From Prevotella sp. (GTDB lineage: Bacteria > Bacteroidota > Bacteroidia > Bacteroidales > Bacteroidaceae), in assembly GCA_024684515.1 (NCBI GenBank), contig JAIKWS010000085.1:7375-71374 (forward strand): a stretch of DNA of 64,000 nucleotides, given 5' to 3'. Shown here piece after piece: positions 53,660 through 63,856 of this stretch (its first letter is position 1; each line of letters opens with the position of its first letter). The notes beneath the pieces are model-generated. The model saw nothing but the letters and a program-made list of their open reading frames with translations. It did not search any database and was not told the DNA's origin. The translations under genes were made by a program, and so were the position numbers.

Positions 53660-56137
53660 TTAGTCCTGAAAGTACACCCGTTTGACACGATTGGAAACGC
53701 TGGTAAGCACCTCGTAGGGTATGGTCTGCAGGATATCGCTGAGCACGGTGACAGGCAGCTCACGTCCGAAGATCTCCACCTGATCACCTTCCTGACAGTC
53801 GATATCGGTCACATCGATCAGTGCAACATCCATGCAGATGTTTCCCACATACTCAGCCTTCTGGCCGTTCACCAGGCAATAGCCATGGCGATTGCCCAGG
53901 TGGCGGTCCAGGCCATCGGCATAGCCAATGGGGATGGCAGCGATACGGCTGTCGCGAGTCAGCCTACCCTTGCGGCTATATCCTACGGTGTCGTCCTTGT
54001 CCACCTGGCGGATCTGCAGGATGGTAGTCTTCAACGTGGAGACCGTAGACAGGATCTGATTGGTACGTGGGTCCACGCCATAGAGGCCAATGCCCAGACG
54101 ACACATATCCAGCTGGCGGTCGGGGAAATGCTCGATGCCTGCCGAGTTGTCGATATGCCGTAGGATCTTATGTGAAAAAGCTGCCTGCAGCTGTCGGCTG
54201 GCCTCGTCGAACAACAGGAACTGCCGGGCAGAGAAGGCATCGAAGTCATCGCTGTCGCTACCAACGAAATGGGAGAATACAGACCGGGGAATGATGGCCA
54301 ACTGGTGTCTGAGAACATCTATCAGCCGTGGAATGTCGCTGTGATCACCTTCTGTCGCGACATTGAATCCCAGCCGGTGCATGCCCGTATCGAGCTTGAT
54401 ATGTACGGGCCATCCCGTAATGCCCTGCTGCCGTGCAGCATGTATAAGAGCATCCAACAGCCGGAAAGAGTACACCTCAGGCTCGAGGTCATAGTCGAAG
54501 AGTGTCTTGAATGAAGACATCTCCGGATTCATCACAATGATATTCTGCGTGATGCCGGCCTTTCGCAGTTCCACACCCTCATCGGCCACCGCCACAGCCA
54601 GATAGTCGACACGATGCTCCTGGAGCGTCTTTGCAATCTCCACGGCACCGGCACCATAGGCATCGGCTTTGATCATACACACCATCTTCGTCTGGGCATT
54701 CATCAGCGACCGGAAATGATTGAGGTTGTCCACCACGGCATTGAGGTCCACCTCGAGGATGGTCTCATGAACCTTCTGCTCGAGCATGTCACTGATTCGC
54801 TCGAAGCCAAATCGTCGTGCCCCTTTCAGCAGCACCACCTCGTCGTGTAGCTGACGGAAGACAGCACTCTGCAGGAAATGGTCGACATCGGGAAAGAACC
54901 ATTTCTGTGCCACTTCAATCCTTTCCGACTGAGCCGTCAGTTCCTGTCCTATGCCGATGAAGCGGTCGATGCCACGCTTGAGTGCCAATGCCGACACCTG
55001 GGCATAGAGCTCTGCCGGACGTTCACCACTCTGGTAGATGTCGCTGAGGATCAAGGTACGATGACGTCCCTCGCTGTCAGGGCGACGGTTCATGAAGTCA
55101 AGTGCAATGTCCAGCGACTGCAGGTCACTGTTATAGGAGTCGTTAATCAGTGTCAACCCCCGCTGTCCCACTTTCACCTCCAGTCGCATGGCAATGGGTT
55201 CGAGCATGGCCATCCGTTCGGCCAGCACCTGGGGTGTCAGTCCCAGATAGAGTGCTGTGGCGGCACAGGTGATGGAATTCTCGATGGAGGCCTCGTCGAA
55301 GAAGGGAATCTGATATTCACCTTGCTGTCCCTTGTACAGATAGATGACCTTAGAGCCCTGCACATCCTTAATAAACATAGGAGCTTTGTCATTGAAGCGG
55401 CTCCATCCGATGCGCTCACCCTGAAAGTCACTACGTCTGATGCAGCGGCTCACCACATCGTCGTCGCTGGGATAGACCACCACCCTGGCATCGCGGAAGA
55501 GCTGTAGCTTCTCCATGCATTTCTCATCCATGGTACGGAAATTCTCCTGATGGGCAGCCCCCATCGATGTCAGCACCCCTATTGTGGGCTGTATGATATC
55601 GTGCAATGCCAGCATCTCACCGGGTTCGCTGATGCCAGCCTCGAAGAGTGCCACTTTCGTCTGCTCGTTGAGCAGCCATACCGAAAGGGGAACGCCAATC
55701 TGAGAGTTATAGCTGCGAGGAGAACGTGTAGTCTTCATCGAAGGCATCAGCAGCTGGTAAAGCCACTCCTTCACCCATGTCTTACCATTGGAGCCAGTGA
55801 TGCCCACGACGGGGATATCAAACTCGTCACGATGCCGCTCAGCCAGTCGCTGGAGGGCTGCCAGGGGTGAGGGTACCTTCAGGAAATTGGCATCGCTCAT
55901 ATCCGAGACGTAATGATCGGGCAACTGCTCGACGACAAAATTGCGCACACCACGACGATAGAGTTCCGGGATATAGTGATGACCGTCATTACGCGAGGTG
56001 CGAATGGCAAAGAACAGCGTCTGTTCCGGGAAGCATAGCGAACGGCTGTCGGTGAGCAGCCACCCTATGACAGCGTCGGCATCGCCAAAGCGACGGGCAC
56101 CAATCAGGGTAGCTATTTTTACGATGTTATAGGTCAT
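53660..56137 (-). CDS. murF/alr: Bifunctional UDP-MurNAc-tripeptide--D-Ala-D-Ala ligase (MurF) / alanine racemase (Alr)
   Basis: The N-terminal half has the Mur ligase P-loop VVGITGSNGKT. The C-terminal half has the racemase PLP-Lys motif MIKADAYGAGA and a typical Alr tail. This fusion is known in Bacteroidetes. Confidence 0.85.
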   Translation of the reverse strand: MTYNIVKIATLIGARRFGDADAVIGWLLTDSRSLCFPEQTLFFAIRTSRNDGHHYIPELYRRGVRNFVVEQLPDHYVSDMSDANFLKVPSPLAALQRLAERHRDEFDIPVVGITGSNGKTWVKEWLYQLLMPSMKTTRSPRSYNSQIGVPLSVWLLNEQTKVALFEAGISEPGEMLALHDIIQPTIGVLTSMGAAHQENFRTMDEKCMEKLQLFRDARVVVYPSDDDVVSRCIRRSDFQGERIGWSRFNDKAPMFIKDVQGSKVIYLYKGQQGEYQIPFFDEASIENSITCAATALYLGLTPQVLAERMAMLEPIAMRLEVKVGQRGLTLINDSYNSDLQSLDIALDFMNRRPDSEGRHRTLILSDIYQSGERPAELYAQVSALALKRGIDRFIGIGQELTAQSERIEVAQKWFFPDVDHFLQSAVFRQLHDEVVLLKGARRFGFERISDMLEQKVHETILEVDLNAVVDNLNHFRSLMNAQTKMVCMIKADAYGAGAVEIAKTLQEHRVDYLAVAVADEGVELRKAGITQNIIVMNPEMSSFKTLFDYDLEPEVYSFRLLDALIHAARQQGITGWPVHIKLDTGMHRLGFNVATEGDHSDIPRLIDVLRHQLAIIPRSVFSHFVGSDSDDFDAFSARQFLLFDEASRQLQAAFSHKILRHIDNSAGIEHFPDRQLDMCRLGIGLYGVDPRTNQILSTVSTLKTTILQIRQVDKDDTVGYSRKGRLTRDSRIAAIPIGYADGLDRHLGNRHGYCLVNGQKAEYVGNICMDVALIDVTDIDCQEGDQVEIFGRELPVTVLSDILQTIPYEVLTSVSNRVKRVYFQD

Positions 56138-56158
56138 AGGAAAAAATGGGATGAAAGG

Positions 56159-56896
56159 TTATAGGAATCCCTGTCTGCGCAGTGTCTCCATAAAGGTGGC
56201 TGACAAGGCTTCGTTGTCTTTTTTAGTATAACGGATATCGGTAAAGACCTGAGCCAGTGTTTCCTTCTTGTTCAGTTCCACAAAATGCTGGTTCTCAGGC
56301 AACTGCTCCTTGTAGGTATAGAGGTCGTCGATATCCGCAGGAGTATAGTCGTGGTAGACGTCATCGTGGACGATGGCTCGCAGTGGCAGTCGATCGGAAA
56401 GGGGTGGCTGCTCGTCGGGCCATCCCACCGTAAGGGTAGCCACGGGCATCACTAGCCGTGGCAACTGCAGCACATCGATAATCAGCTTTGGCTGATAAAT
56501 GGTGGTACCCAGATAACAATATCCCAGTCCCTCCTCATCCATCAGACAGCAGAGAGTCTGGGTATAGAGCAAGGCATCGGTGGCTGCATTCATGAACGAG
56601 AGCAAGTTGTCGTAGCCAGGTGTGGCCTGACGACAGCGTGCCCACTGGCTGGTACGATTGAAATCTGCACACACCGTAAGCACGACGGGAGCCTGTGTCA
56701 CCATAGGCTGGTTGAAGTGTGCTGGTGCCAGCTGCTGTCTGATGGTTTCCGAGCGAGTGACCACCACGCTATAAAGCTGCAGATTGCCCATGGTCTGTGT
56801 ACGGCTAGCCTCATCGAGCAAGCGGTTCAACAATATATCGTCTACAGGTCGCTGACTATATCGGCGAATACTGCGGCGGGTCAACAAGTTCTTCAT
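56159..56896 (-). CDS. Nitroreductase-family NAD(P)H oxidoreductase
   Basis: N-terminal LLTRRSIRRYSQRPV motif. 245 aa. ATGA overlap with the upstream protease gene. Confidence 0.65.
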   Translation of the reverse strand: MKNLLTRRSIRRYSQRPVDDILLNRLLDEASRTQTMGNLQLYSVVVTRSETIRQQLAPAHFNQPMVTQAPVVLTVCADFNRTSQWARCRQATPGYDNLLSFMNAATDALLYTQTLCCLMDEEGLGYCYLGTTIYQPKLIIDVLQLPRLVMPVATLTVGWPDEQPPLSDRLPLRAIVHDDVYHDYTPADIDDLYTYKEQLPENQHFVELNKKETLAQVFTDIRYTKKDNEALSATFMETLRRQGFL

Positions 56897-59037
56897 CTGA
56901 TAACTTTCCGTCCTTTACGGTTTTCACTATTAAACAAAAGATAAATGCCCCTTGGCAACGACTCTGCCTTGCTTCCTGCAAAACGTCCATCAAGGGTATA
57001 ATAGCCCACCGGCTGGATGACAGCAGCGGGCAAAGGATGGGTGACGATAGCATTAGTGGAATCGGCTTGCAAGGCCACCATCAACACCTCGTCGAGCAGG
57101 AATCGCTTCTCGGGTGAGAAAGTCACACGCAGGGAGCCACTGCCATGAACCTTCACCTTATAGTCATTCCACACGAAATTCTCCATCTCGACGGTGGCAG
57201 GCTCAACATAGCCATCACCGTCAACGGCAAGCGAGAGTGTCGTCCCATCCTTGTTCCATCCAGCGGCACGGAACGACAGATAGGCATCGTTGGTCTGCAT
57301 CTCGATGATAGGTGTCGTAGCCTGTCCAGCGGTGCTGCCATTGCCGAAGCGTGCACACTTGAAGCCACCATAGGCTTTCTGCACATCCCACCCCTCATGA
57401 TCGGCCACGAAATTACTACTGGCGACAGTAGCATTCCACAACGAGTCGTTGCCACCAGTACCCACACAGTTGTTGAACGACTCATAGAACAGGGTGCCCT
57501 CAGGGACATAGACCTCTTCAGGAGAATTGCGGAAGCGGAATGCCATGGTGCCATCATCATTGCGGGTAATCTCAAGGATGCCCACATCCATCGTCTTGTT
57601 GCCACTGACATTTGCGTGGTAGAGCTGGGCAGCAGGATTGGAGGTGTTGGTAAGCGAGTCGTTCTCACGATAAGGATAAGGATCTTTCGATCCGTCGTGC
57701 CACCAGGAGCTACCGGCACTGCCGCTAGCATGGAAGATGGTACACCGCTGATGGTTGTTGGAAGGATAGCCTCCCCCACCGGAGTAGTCTGTATTCACAA
57801 GGTTGTATTCCCAGATAGCCCTGTCGAAGTCCACATGCAGGATCAGCATGCCATTGCCCGGCAGCTGCTTGTCCCATCCACGCTGCTGTCTGTTCTCCAG
57901 TAGGAAATACTCATTGTCATAGGCAAGGTTGCGGACCATGTAGACCTCAGGTTTGTCAGATAGCGGTTGCATGCTCTCTATGCGTGTGCTCGCATTGAGC
58001 TCGACGGGCTTCACCCATCCACACGTAAACTTATCAAAGCTGCTGTAGCCAGCGGGACAGAAGCCATCGCCATTATAGCTGCCATCATCCATCAACGACC
58101 ACTCGCCCATTCCGAAGTTGCCTCCGTAGTTTACATCATACATGTCGGGTAGTCCCAGACAGTGGGAGAATTCGTGACAGATGGTGCCGATTCCCATGAT
58201 ACCACTGTTTGAACGCTCGTTGGCACAGGCATAGGTATTGAGTTTCACGCTATCCAGTTCCAGCACTTCACCCCAGTCGCTGGATTCCAGTTCCCACTCA
58301 TGAGGCCAGATAGTATCAGCACCCCCCGACGTTGCCTGTCCCAGTCCAGCATAGATGCACATCACCTGGTCCACCAATCCATCGCCGTCCCAGTCATAGT
58401 CATGAAAGTCTACCAGGCTATCCACAGCCATGCAGGCCTTTGCCACCATCTCGCCAGGATGGGCATCGCTGCCATTCTCAGAAGGATTCACATCGTGACC
58501 ATAATACTGATAGGTGGTATCCATCTGAACCGGCCCTACGACATCGAAGGTCAGTTCGAACTCACCATACGACTGTGCTTTGAAATAGTCATAGACCGAC
58601 CCCTGGAATTTCCCCTCGCTAAAGCCTTCCTCATTGCAGATACGGGTATAAAGCAGCGAGTCGTTGCTTTCCTTGAAATGCATATTGGTAAATTCCACCA
58701 GGACGATCAGTCCTTTCTTTTTTCCTGTATAGTGCATGAAATCGCCAATGCCCTTGAGTGGCACTTGCCCAGACCGCCTGTTGGCAGACGATGCCTTGCG
58801 GTGCTGGGCATGAGCCATCAGCTTTGACATATCAGCCATGACAAAGGCTCCGTTGGTCTCAGTCAGCTTCTGTCCGTCTCTGGTTAACCAATAGTGCATA
58901 TGCTCATCACCCACGAGCTGAGCCTCCACATTGATGCCGTTCAAAGGCAGTGTTCTCCAGACACCCTTCTTGGCAGGTATTGCCACTGCACCTATAACAG
59001 CCATTGCCAACATCAACATCGAAAAAAATCTCTTCAT
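56893..59037 (-). CDS. Secreted M6-like (immune inhibitor A-type) zinc metalloprotease with a T9SS C-terminal sorting domain
   Basis: Signal peptide plus the HExxH site ICHEFSHCLGLPDMYD. The C-terminal YYTLDGRFAGSKAESLPRGIYLLFNSENRKGRKVIR resembles Por-secretion CTD tails. Confidence 0.65.
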   Translation of the reverse strand: MKRFFSMLMLAMAVIGAVAIPAKKGVWRTLPLNGINVEAQLVGDEHMHYWLTRDGQKLTETNGAFVMADMSKLMAHAQHRKASSANRRSGQVPLKGIGDFMHYTGKKKGLIVLVEFTNMHFKESNDSLLYTRICNEEGFSEGKFQGSVYDYFKAQSYGEFELTFDVVGPVQMDTTYQYYGHDVNPSENGSDAHPGEMVAKACMAVDSLVDFHDYDWDGDGLVDQVMCIYAGLGQATSGGADTIWPHEWELESSDWGEVLELDSVKLNTYACANERSNSGIMGIGTICHEFSHCLGLPDMYDVNYGGNFGMGEWSLMDDGSYNGDGFCPAGYSSFDKFTCGWVKPVELNASTRIESMQPLSDKPEVYMVRNLAYDNEYFLLENRQQRGWDKQLPGNGMLILHVDFDRAIWEYNLVNTDYSGGGGYPSNNHQRCTIFHASGSAGSSWWHDGSKDPYPYRENDSLTNTSNPAAQLYHANVSGNKTMDVGILEITRNDDGTMAFRFRNSPEEVYVPEGTLFYESFNNCVGTGGNDSLWNATVASSNFVADHEGWDVQKAYGGFKCARFGNGSTAGQATTPIIEMQTNDAYLSFRAAGWNKDGTTLSLAVDGDGYVEPATVEMENFVWNDYKVKVHGSGSLRVTFSPEKRFLLDEVLMVALQADSTNAIVTHPLPAAVIQPVGYYTLDGRFAGSKAESLPRGIYLLFNSENRKGRKVIR

Positions 59038-59063
59038 AAGTATCCCTTTATTTAAATTGTGTG

Positions 59064-59071
59064 CAAAATTA
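59064..59071 (-). promoter_or_regulatory. Candidate -7 box (TAATTTTG) for the protease operon
   Basis: TAnnTTTG on the minus strand, 27 nt upstream of the ATG at 59037. Confidence 0.45.
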
Positions 59072-59115
59072 CTATTTTTTTTCCATTCGTCTGCGCAGAA
59101 ATGCTACTTTTTTAT

Positions 59116-59123
59116 TAATTTTG
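59116..59123 (+). promoter_or_regulatory. Candidate -7 box (TAATTTTG)
   Basis: Lies 29 nt upstream of the ATG at 59152. Confidence 0.45.
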
Positions 59124-59151
59124 CAACGAAATTGCCAAAGAAACAAAGCAA

Positions 59152-59742
59152 ATGGAGAAACAGACGACCAACAAGAGTGAAGGAAATCCTCACAACAACG
59201 AATCTACAAGTGCTGCGACACAGGCTCCCATGCCACGTCCCCAGGTAGTAGAAATCAGGCCTCAGGTGCTGGAGTGTGATGTTGTACGCTTTCAGAACAA
59301 CAAAGAGAAATGGGTGGCACTGGTGGGTTTGCTCGAAGGCTACCCCTATGAAATCTTCACTGGCCTGCAAGACGAGGAGGAAGGCATCATGCTCCCCAAA
59401 TCGGTGAGCAAGGGAAAGATTATCAAGCAGGTCAATCCCGACGGCACCAAGCGCTATGACTTCCAGTTTGAGAACACACGTGGCTATAAGATCACGGTAG
59501 AGGGCATCAGTGAGAAATTCAATCCCGAATACTGGAACTACGCCAAGCTTATCTCTGGCGTGCTGCGCTATGGCATGCCCATTGAACATGTCATCAAACT
59601 TGTCAGCTCACTACAACTGAAAGACGAGAGCATCAACACCTGGAAAAACGGTGTGGAAAGGGCCCTGAAGAAATATCTGCCCGGACAAACCGACCAGCAG
59701 GACACCACAGAAGCAACGAATGCAAATGACGCTGCAGAATAG
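59152..59742 (+). CDS. Stand-alone protein resembling the C-terminal (TSCPD-type) region of class II ribonucleotide reductases, lacking the Cys residues
   Basis: 196 aa. The order RPQVLECDVV...YPYEIFTG...YAKLISGVLRYGMPIEHVIKLVSSL...SINTWKNGVERAL parallels recalled NrdJ C-termini (RPxxLxGxT...FEVF...ISLALRxGV...IVxQLxGI...TSCPDAI). There is only one Cys in the whole protein. Confidence 0.4.
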   Translation: MEKQTTNKSEGNPHNNESTSAATQAPMPRPQVVEIRPQVLECDVVRFQNNKEKWVALVGLLEGYPYEIFTGLQDEEEGIMLPKSVSKGKIIKQVNPDGTKRYDFQFENTRGYKITVEGISEKFNPEYWNYAKLISGVLRYGMPIEHVIKLVSSLQLKDESINTWKNGVERALKKYLPGQTDQQDTTEATNANDAAE

Positions 59743-60097
59743 TATTATCTGTATTGAACAGCTACGCATTCACGCATATCATGGCGTATTGCCTCAAGAG
59801 CGACTCGTGGGAGCAGACTTCATGCTTTCCTTACGCGTACATTATAATATAGAAGAGGCCATGAAGAGTGACGAACTGGATGACACGCTCAACTATGCCA
59901 GACTGCTGCAAGCCATTCAGGAGGAGATGGCCATACCCTCGCAACTGCTGGAGCATGCCGCAGCACGAGTCTGCCAGACCATCTTCTGCCGTTTTCCGTT
60001 GACCACAGCCATAGAACTGAAGCTTATCAAGCTGAACCCGCCAATGGGAGCCGACTGCGATGGTGCTGGCGTAGAACTATATGTAACTAACGACTAA
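59720..60097 (+). CDS. folB: Dihydroneopterin aldolase
   Basis: IEQLRIHAYHGVLPQERLVGADFMLSL...LDDTLNYARL is typical of FolB. About 120 aa. The start is ambiguous (59720 or 59726) and overlaps the upstream ORF. Confidence 0.75.
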   Translation: MQMTLQNSIICIEQLRIHAYHGVLPQERLVGADFMLSLRVHYNIEEAMKSDELDDTLNYARLLQAIQEEMAIPSQLLEHAAARVCQTIFCRFPLTTAIELKLIKLNPPMGADCDGAGVELYVTND

Positions 60098-60103
60098 GAG
60101 ACG

Positions 60104-61279
60104 ATGCTGAGAAAACTCATTATATCTATCGTTTGCATCCTGGGACTTGCAGGTACGGTAAGTGCTGCCGACCATCAGTTCACACTTGTCATTGATGCCG
60201 GCCATGGAGGCAAAGACGGAGGAGCCTGTGCCAATGGTGCAAAGGAAAAGAACATCAACCTGAGTGTGGCACTGGCCTTTGGAAAGTATGTAGAGCGAAA
60301 CTGTCCAGACGTAAAGGTCATCTATACACGCAAGACGGATGTATTCATACCATTGCACAAACGTGCCGACATCGCCAACAAGAACAAGGCAGACGTCTTC
60401 ATCTCAATACACACCAATGCCGTAGCCAGCAAGAGAGCCGTCTATGGTATGGAAACCTACACGATGGGCATGCGTAGAAGCGACGAAAAGCTGAGTGCTG
60501 CCATGCGCGAGAATGAGGTGGTGCTCATCGAGAGTGACTTCAAGCAGCACTATGCCGGCTTCGACCCTCGTCTGCCCGAGAGCTATATCATCTTCGACAT
60601 TGTCAATGAGACCAACATGGCTCAGAGTGTAGAACTGGCACAGCTTATCCAACGTCATGTCTGTGCTACTGCCGGACGTCCCAACAAGGGAGTGAAGCAA
60701 GATGCCTTCCTCGTTCTCCGTGAGACATCCATGCCTGCCTGTCTCATCGAACTGGGCTATATCACTACCGCTTCGGAAGCCAAGTACCTGACCGATCCCA
60801 CCAATGTAGATGCCATGGGACGAGGTATCTATCAGGCTTTCCTGGCCTATAAGAACAACCACACCCAAGGGATGACGACACCACCAGCGCAGACAGACAC
60901 CCAGCAAGACGAGCAAAGGGAGACTCTGCCTGAGACACCTGCCCAGGAGACACCCTCGCAAGCCACAGAACCCGTCGAGACCACACAGCCCGGCCAGACA
61001 ACTGACGATGCTCCCATTTTCAAGGTGCAGATCCTGGCCAGCCCCACACGATTGTCTACCAATAGCCGTCAGCTAAAAGGACTGACAGGCGTTGAATACT
61101 ATAAGGAGGGACAACTATATAAATATACCGTCGGTGCATCAGCAAACTACAATGAGATCTCCCGCCTGCGACGTGAGGTGCTCGACAAATTCCCACAGGC
61201 ATTCATCATCGCCTTCAAGAACGGACAACGGGTAGATGCTGCCGCTGCATTGCGGGAGTTCAGGAACAGAAACAAATAA
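60104..61279 (+). CDS. N-acetylmuramoyl-L-alanine amidase (Amidase_3) with a C-terminal SPOR domain
   Basis: Signal peptide. Motifs VIDAGHGGKDGGA and FISIHTNA. A Pro/Thr/Gln-rich linker precedes a SPOR-like tail FKVQILAS...YKYTVGASANYNEISRLRREV...AFIIAFKNGQRV. Confidence 0.8.
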   Translation: MLRKLIISIVCILGLAGTVSAADHQFTLVIDAGHGGKDGGACANGAKEKNINLSVALAFGKYVERNCPDVKVIYTRKTDVFIPLHKRADIANKNKADVFISIHTNAVASKRAVYGMETYTMGMRRSDEKLSAAMRENEVVLIESDFKQHYAGFDPRLPESYIIFDIVNETNMAQSVELAQLIQRHVCATAGRPNKGVKQDAFLVLRETSMPACLIELGYITTASEAKYLTDPTNVDAMGRGIYQAFLAYKNNHTQGMTTPPAQTDTQQDEQRETLPETPAQETPSQATEPVETTQPGQTTDDAPIFKVQILASPTRLSTNSRQLKGLTGVEYYKEGQLYKYTVGASANYNEISRLRREVLDKFPQAFIIAFKNGQRVDAAAALREFRNRNK

Positions 61280-61309
61280 GTACAACCTACCAATCATAAC
61301 AATACTATC

Positions 61310-62212
61310 ATGAAGTTTTTCACCAAAGAAGTTAAAATCGCACTAGTCGCTATCGCTGCCATTGTAGTGCTATTCATAGGCATGCAGTTTCTCAAGGGCA
61401 TGTCAATCTTCTCATCCAACGACCTCTACTATGCCAGTTTCAACGATGTCAGCGGACTGTCGGCATCCAGTCCTGTCTACGCCAATGGCTATCGAGTAGG
61501 TGTGGTGAAGAGCATCACCTATGACTACAACCAACCAGACCATATCATTGCAGCCCTGGACCTAGACCCACAGCTGCAACTGACCAAGGGTACCAGAGCC
61601 GAGATTGCCAGCGACCTACTGGGCAACGTCAAGCTCGAACTTCATTTCGGACAGTCGTCAGACGGAATCGTGGCAAAGGGAGACACCATCGAGGGAGCCC
61701 TGCAACAAGGACTGATGAGCAAGGCGGCAGAGATGATTCCGCAAGTGGAACAGCTATTGCCTAAGCTCGACTCTATCCTCAGCAGCATCAGCACCCTGGT
61801 GGCCGATCCCGCACTGAAGGGGACTATCCACAATGCCGAACAACTCACTGCCAGCCTCAACACCACTGCAACACAGCTCAACCGGCTGACATCACATCTG
61901 AATGGACAAGTTCCTACCATGCTGAGCAAAGCCGACACCATACTCGCCAACACAGAGACACTGACAGGCAACCTCAGCCAGCTCGATTTCGATGCCACCA
62001 TGAAAAAGGTCGATGCCACACTGGCGGGACTGCAGCAACTCAGTGCCGCACTGAACAGTCCTACCGGCTCCATGGGACTGCTGCTGAACGACTCACAATT
62101 GTACGAAAATCTGAATGCTGCCATGAGAAGCGTCGACTCGCTGCTCGTAGATTTCAAGCAGTACCCCCGACGATACATAAATGTTTCCGTTTTTGGCAGA
62201 AAAAATAATTAA
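61310..62212 (+). CDS. MlaD/MCE-family protein
   Basis: N-terminal TM anchor KEVKIALVAIAAIVVLFIGMQFL, an MCE-like core (SFNDVSGLSASSPVYANGYRVGVV) and a long helical C-terminus. Confidence 0.7.
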   Translation: MKFFTKEVKIALVAIAAIVVLFIGMQFLKGMSIFSSNDLYYASFNDVSGLSASSPVYANGYRVGVVKSITYDYNQPDHIIAALDLDPQLQLTKGTRAEIASDLLGNVKLELHFGQSSDGIVAKGDTIEGALQQGLMSKAAEMIPQVEQLLPKLDSILSSISTLVADPALKGTIHNAEQLTASLNTTATQLNRLTSHLNGQVPTMLSKADTILANTETLTGNLSQLDFDATMKKVDATLAGLQQLSAALNSPTGSMGLLLNDSQLYENLNAAMRSVDSLLVDFKQYPRRYINVSVFGRKNN

Positions 62213-62449
62213 TTTGAATTTTATCTAAATAAAAACCAAAGTGTAACTCCGATTCACGAAAAAGCAAACGCACTAATAATCAGGAACATGAATATTTGCA
62301 ACCCATTTTCTTGACGAAAATCCGTGAAACACTATAAACTGCGAACAGATAGAAAGTTACGAGCTTTGTAAACACACTGTGAAATTTTAGACAATTTGCA
62401 GGGTTCGATTTTTTTTGCGAACTTTGCACTCAGAAATAATCTAAAACTG

Positions 62450-63856
62450 ATGCAAAAAAGTCATAAGGTGCTTTGGGACAAATGCCTCACCCTCATCAGG
62501 CAGAATGTCACGGAGCAGATATACAAAACGTGGTTCAAGCCCATTGTCTTCGAAAGCTATGACGAACAGCAGAAGACTGTGTTGGTGCAAGTTCCAAGTC
62601 CGTACATCTACGAGTACTTGGAGCAGTACTACGTGCGTCTTATGGCCTGGGCACTCAACAACAGCTTTACAGAGAATGTACGTCTCCAGTATCGTCTTGT
62701 CGTCGATCGTGAAAACGGAAAGACGCAGACGGTAGAAGGCAACCGTCCTAATACAGTAGAGGATCCACAACCCGCCACGCGTGCAAACCTCTCTCCCACC
62801 GTACTCGATGCTGCACCTCAGCAACTCAATCCCCAGCTCGACCCGAAGAAGACCTTTGAGAGCTTCATCGAGGGCGACTCCAACAAGCTGCCACGTACTG
62901 TGGGTATCACTATCGCACAGCATCCGGGAAAGTCTACTTTCAATCCTTTTTTTGTGTTCGGACCATCGGGATGCGGAAAGACCCATCTCATCAATGCCAT
63001 CGGTGTTGAATGCAAGCGTCTCTATCCCAGGCTGCGTGTACTATACGTCTCAGCACGTCTCTTCCAAGTACAGTATACAGATGCCGTGCGGCAGAATACG
63101 ACCAACGACTTCATCAATTTCTATCAGACTATCGATGTGCTCATTGTTGACGATATACAGGAGTGGGCCAACTCACCCAAGACGCTTGACACCTTCTTCC
63201 ATATCTTCGACCACCTCTTCCGTCTGGGCAAGCAGATTATCCTGGCCAGCGATCGTCCGCCTGTAGACCTTGATGGTGTGAAAGACCGTTTGCTGACCCG
63301 TTTCTCCTGTGGACTTATTGCCGAACTGGAAAAGCCCAACGTTCAGCTCTGCGTGGACATTCTCAACGCCAAATGCCGTCGCGACGGTCTGATGCTCTCT
63401 GCCGAGGTGATTATGTTCATTGCCCAGACAGCCAATGGCTCTGTACGCGATCTGGAGGGCGTTGTCAATTCACTCATTGCCTACTCTATCGTCTACAACT
63501 CGCCTATCGACCTCCATCTGGCCGAGCGTATCATCAAACGTGCCGTCAAGGTCGACAATCATCCGCTCACCATCGATGACATTGTTGAAAAGGTGTGCAA
63601 CCATTATGGCGTGAGCCAGCAGAACGTATTCAGCAAGAGCCGTAAGCACGACTATGTACAGGCACGGCAAATCAGCATGTATCTGGCCCAGAAGCACACC
63701 AAGATGCCTGCATCACGCATTGGACAGCTCATTGGGGGTCGCGATCATAGCACGGTGCTACACAGCTGTTCTACTGTCGAGCAGCGGCTGAAAATCGACA
63801 AGGCCTTTGCCGAAGAACTAAACAGCATCGAACAGTCGTTCAAGCTGAAGCAGTAG
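62450..63856 (+). CDS. dnaA: Chromosomal replication initiator protein DnaA
   Basis: Start trimmed to MQKSHKVLWDKCL. Walker A GPSGCGKTHL, Walker B LIVDDIQEW, and a C-terminal DNA-binding helix region RQISMYLAQKHTKMPASRIGQLIGGRDHSTVLHS. Confidence 0.9.
   Translation: MQKSHKVLWDKCLTLIRQNVTEQIYKTWFKPIVFESYDEQQKTVLVQVPSPYIYEYLEQYYVRLMAWALNNSFTENVRLQYRLVVDRENGKTQTVEGNRPNTVEDPQPATRANLSPTVLDAAPQQLNPQLDPKKTFESFIEGDSNKLPRTVGITIAQHPGKSTFNPFFVFGPSGCGKTHLINAIGVECKRLYPRLRVLYVSARLFQVQYTDAVRQNTTNDFINFYQTIDVLIVDDIQEWANSPKTLDTFFHIFDHLFRLGKQIILASDRPPVDLDGVKDRLLTRFSCGLIAELEKPNVQLCVDILNAKCRRDGLMLSAEVIMFIAQTANGSVRDLEGVVNSLIAYSIVYNSPIDLHLAERIIKRAVKVDNHPLTIDDIVEKVCNHYGVSQQNVFSKSRKHDYVQARQISMYLAQKHTKMPASRIGQLIGGRDHSTVLHSCSTVEQRLKIDKAFAEELNSIEQSFKLKQ

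Noticed and set aside
53660-56137. The MurF-Alr fusion as a novel gene fusion.
   Set aside because: As far as I know this bifunctional arrangement is an established, widespread feature of Bacteroidetes genomes. It is reported as a feature, not as a finding.
62402-62425. GGGTTCGA-containing stretch that looked like a tRNA T-arm.
   Set aside because: There is no acceptor, D or anticodon arm around it. It forms only a 5-bp stem (GTTCG/CGAAC) around a T run, within the dnaA promoter region.
62213-62449. Expected oriC with clustered DnaA boxes (TTATCCACA) next to dnaA, checked on both sides (also 63857-64000).
   Set aside because: I saw no cluster of close matches to the DnaA box and no obvious AT-rich unwinding element. 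Only isolated 7-8/9 matches occur elsewhere, for example near 36542 and inside the gene at about 14171. The origin may lie outside the window, so I make no call.
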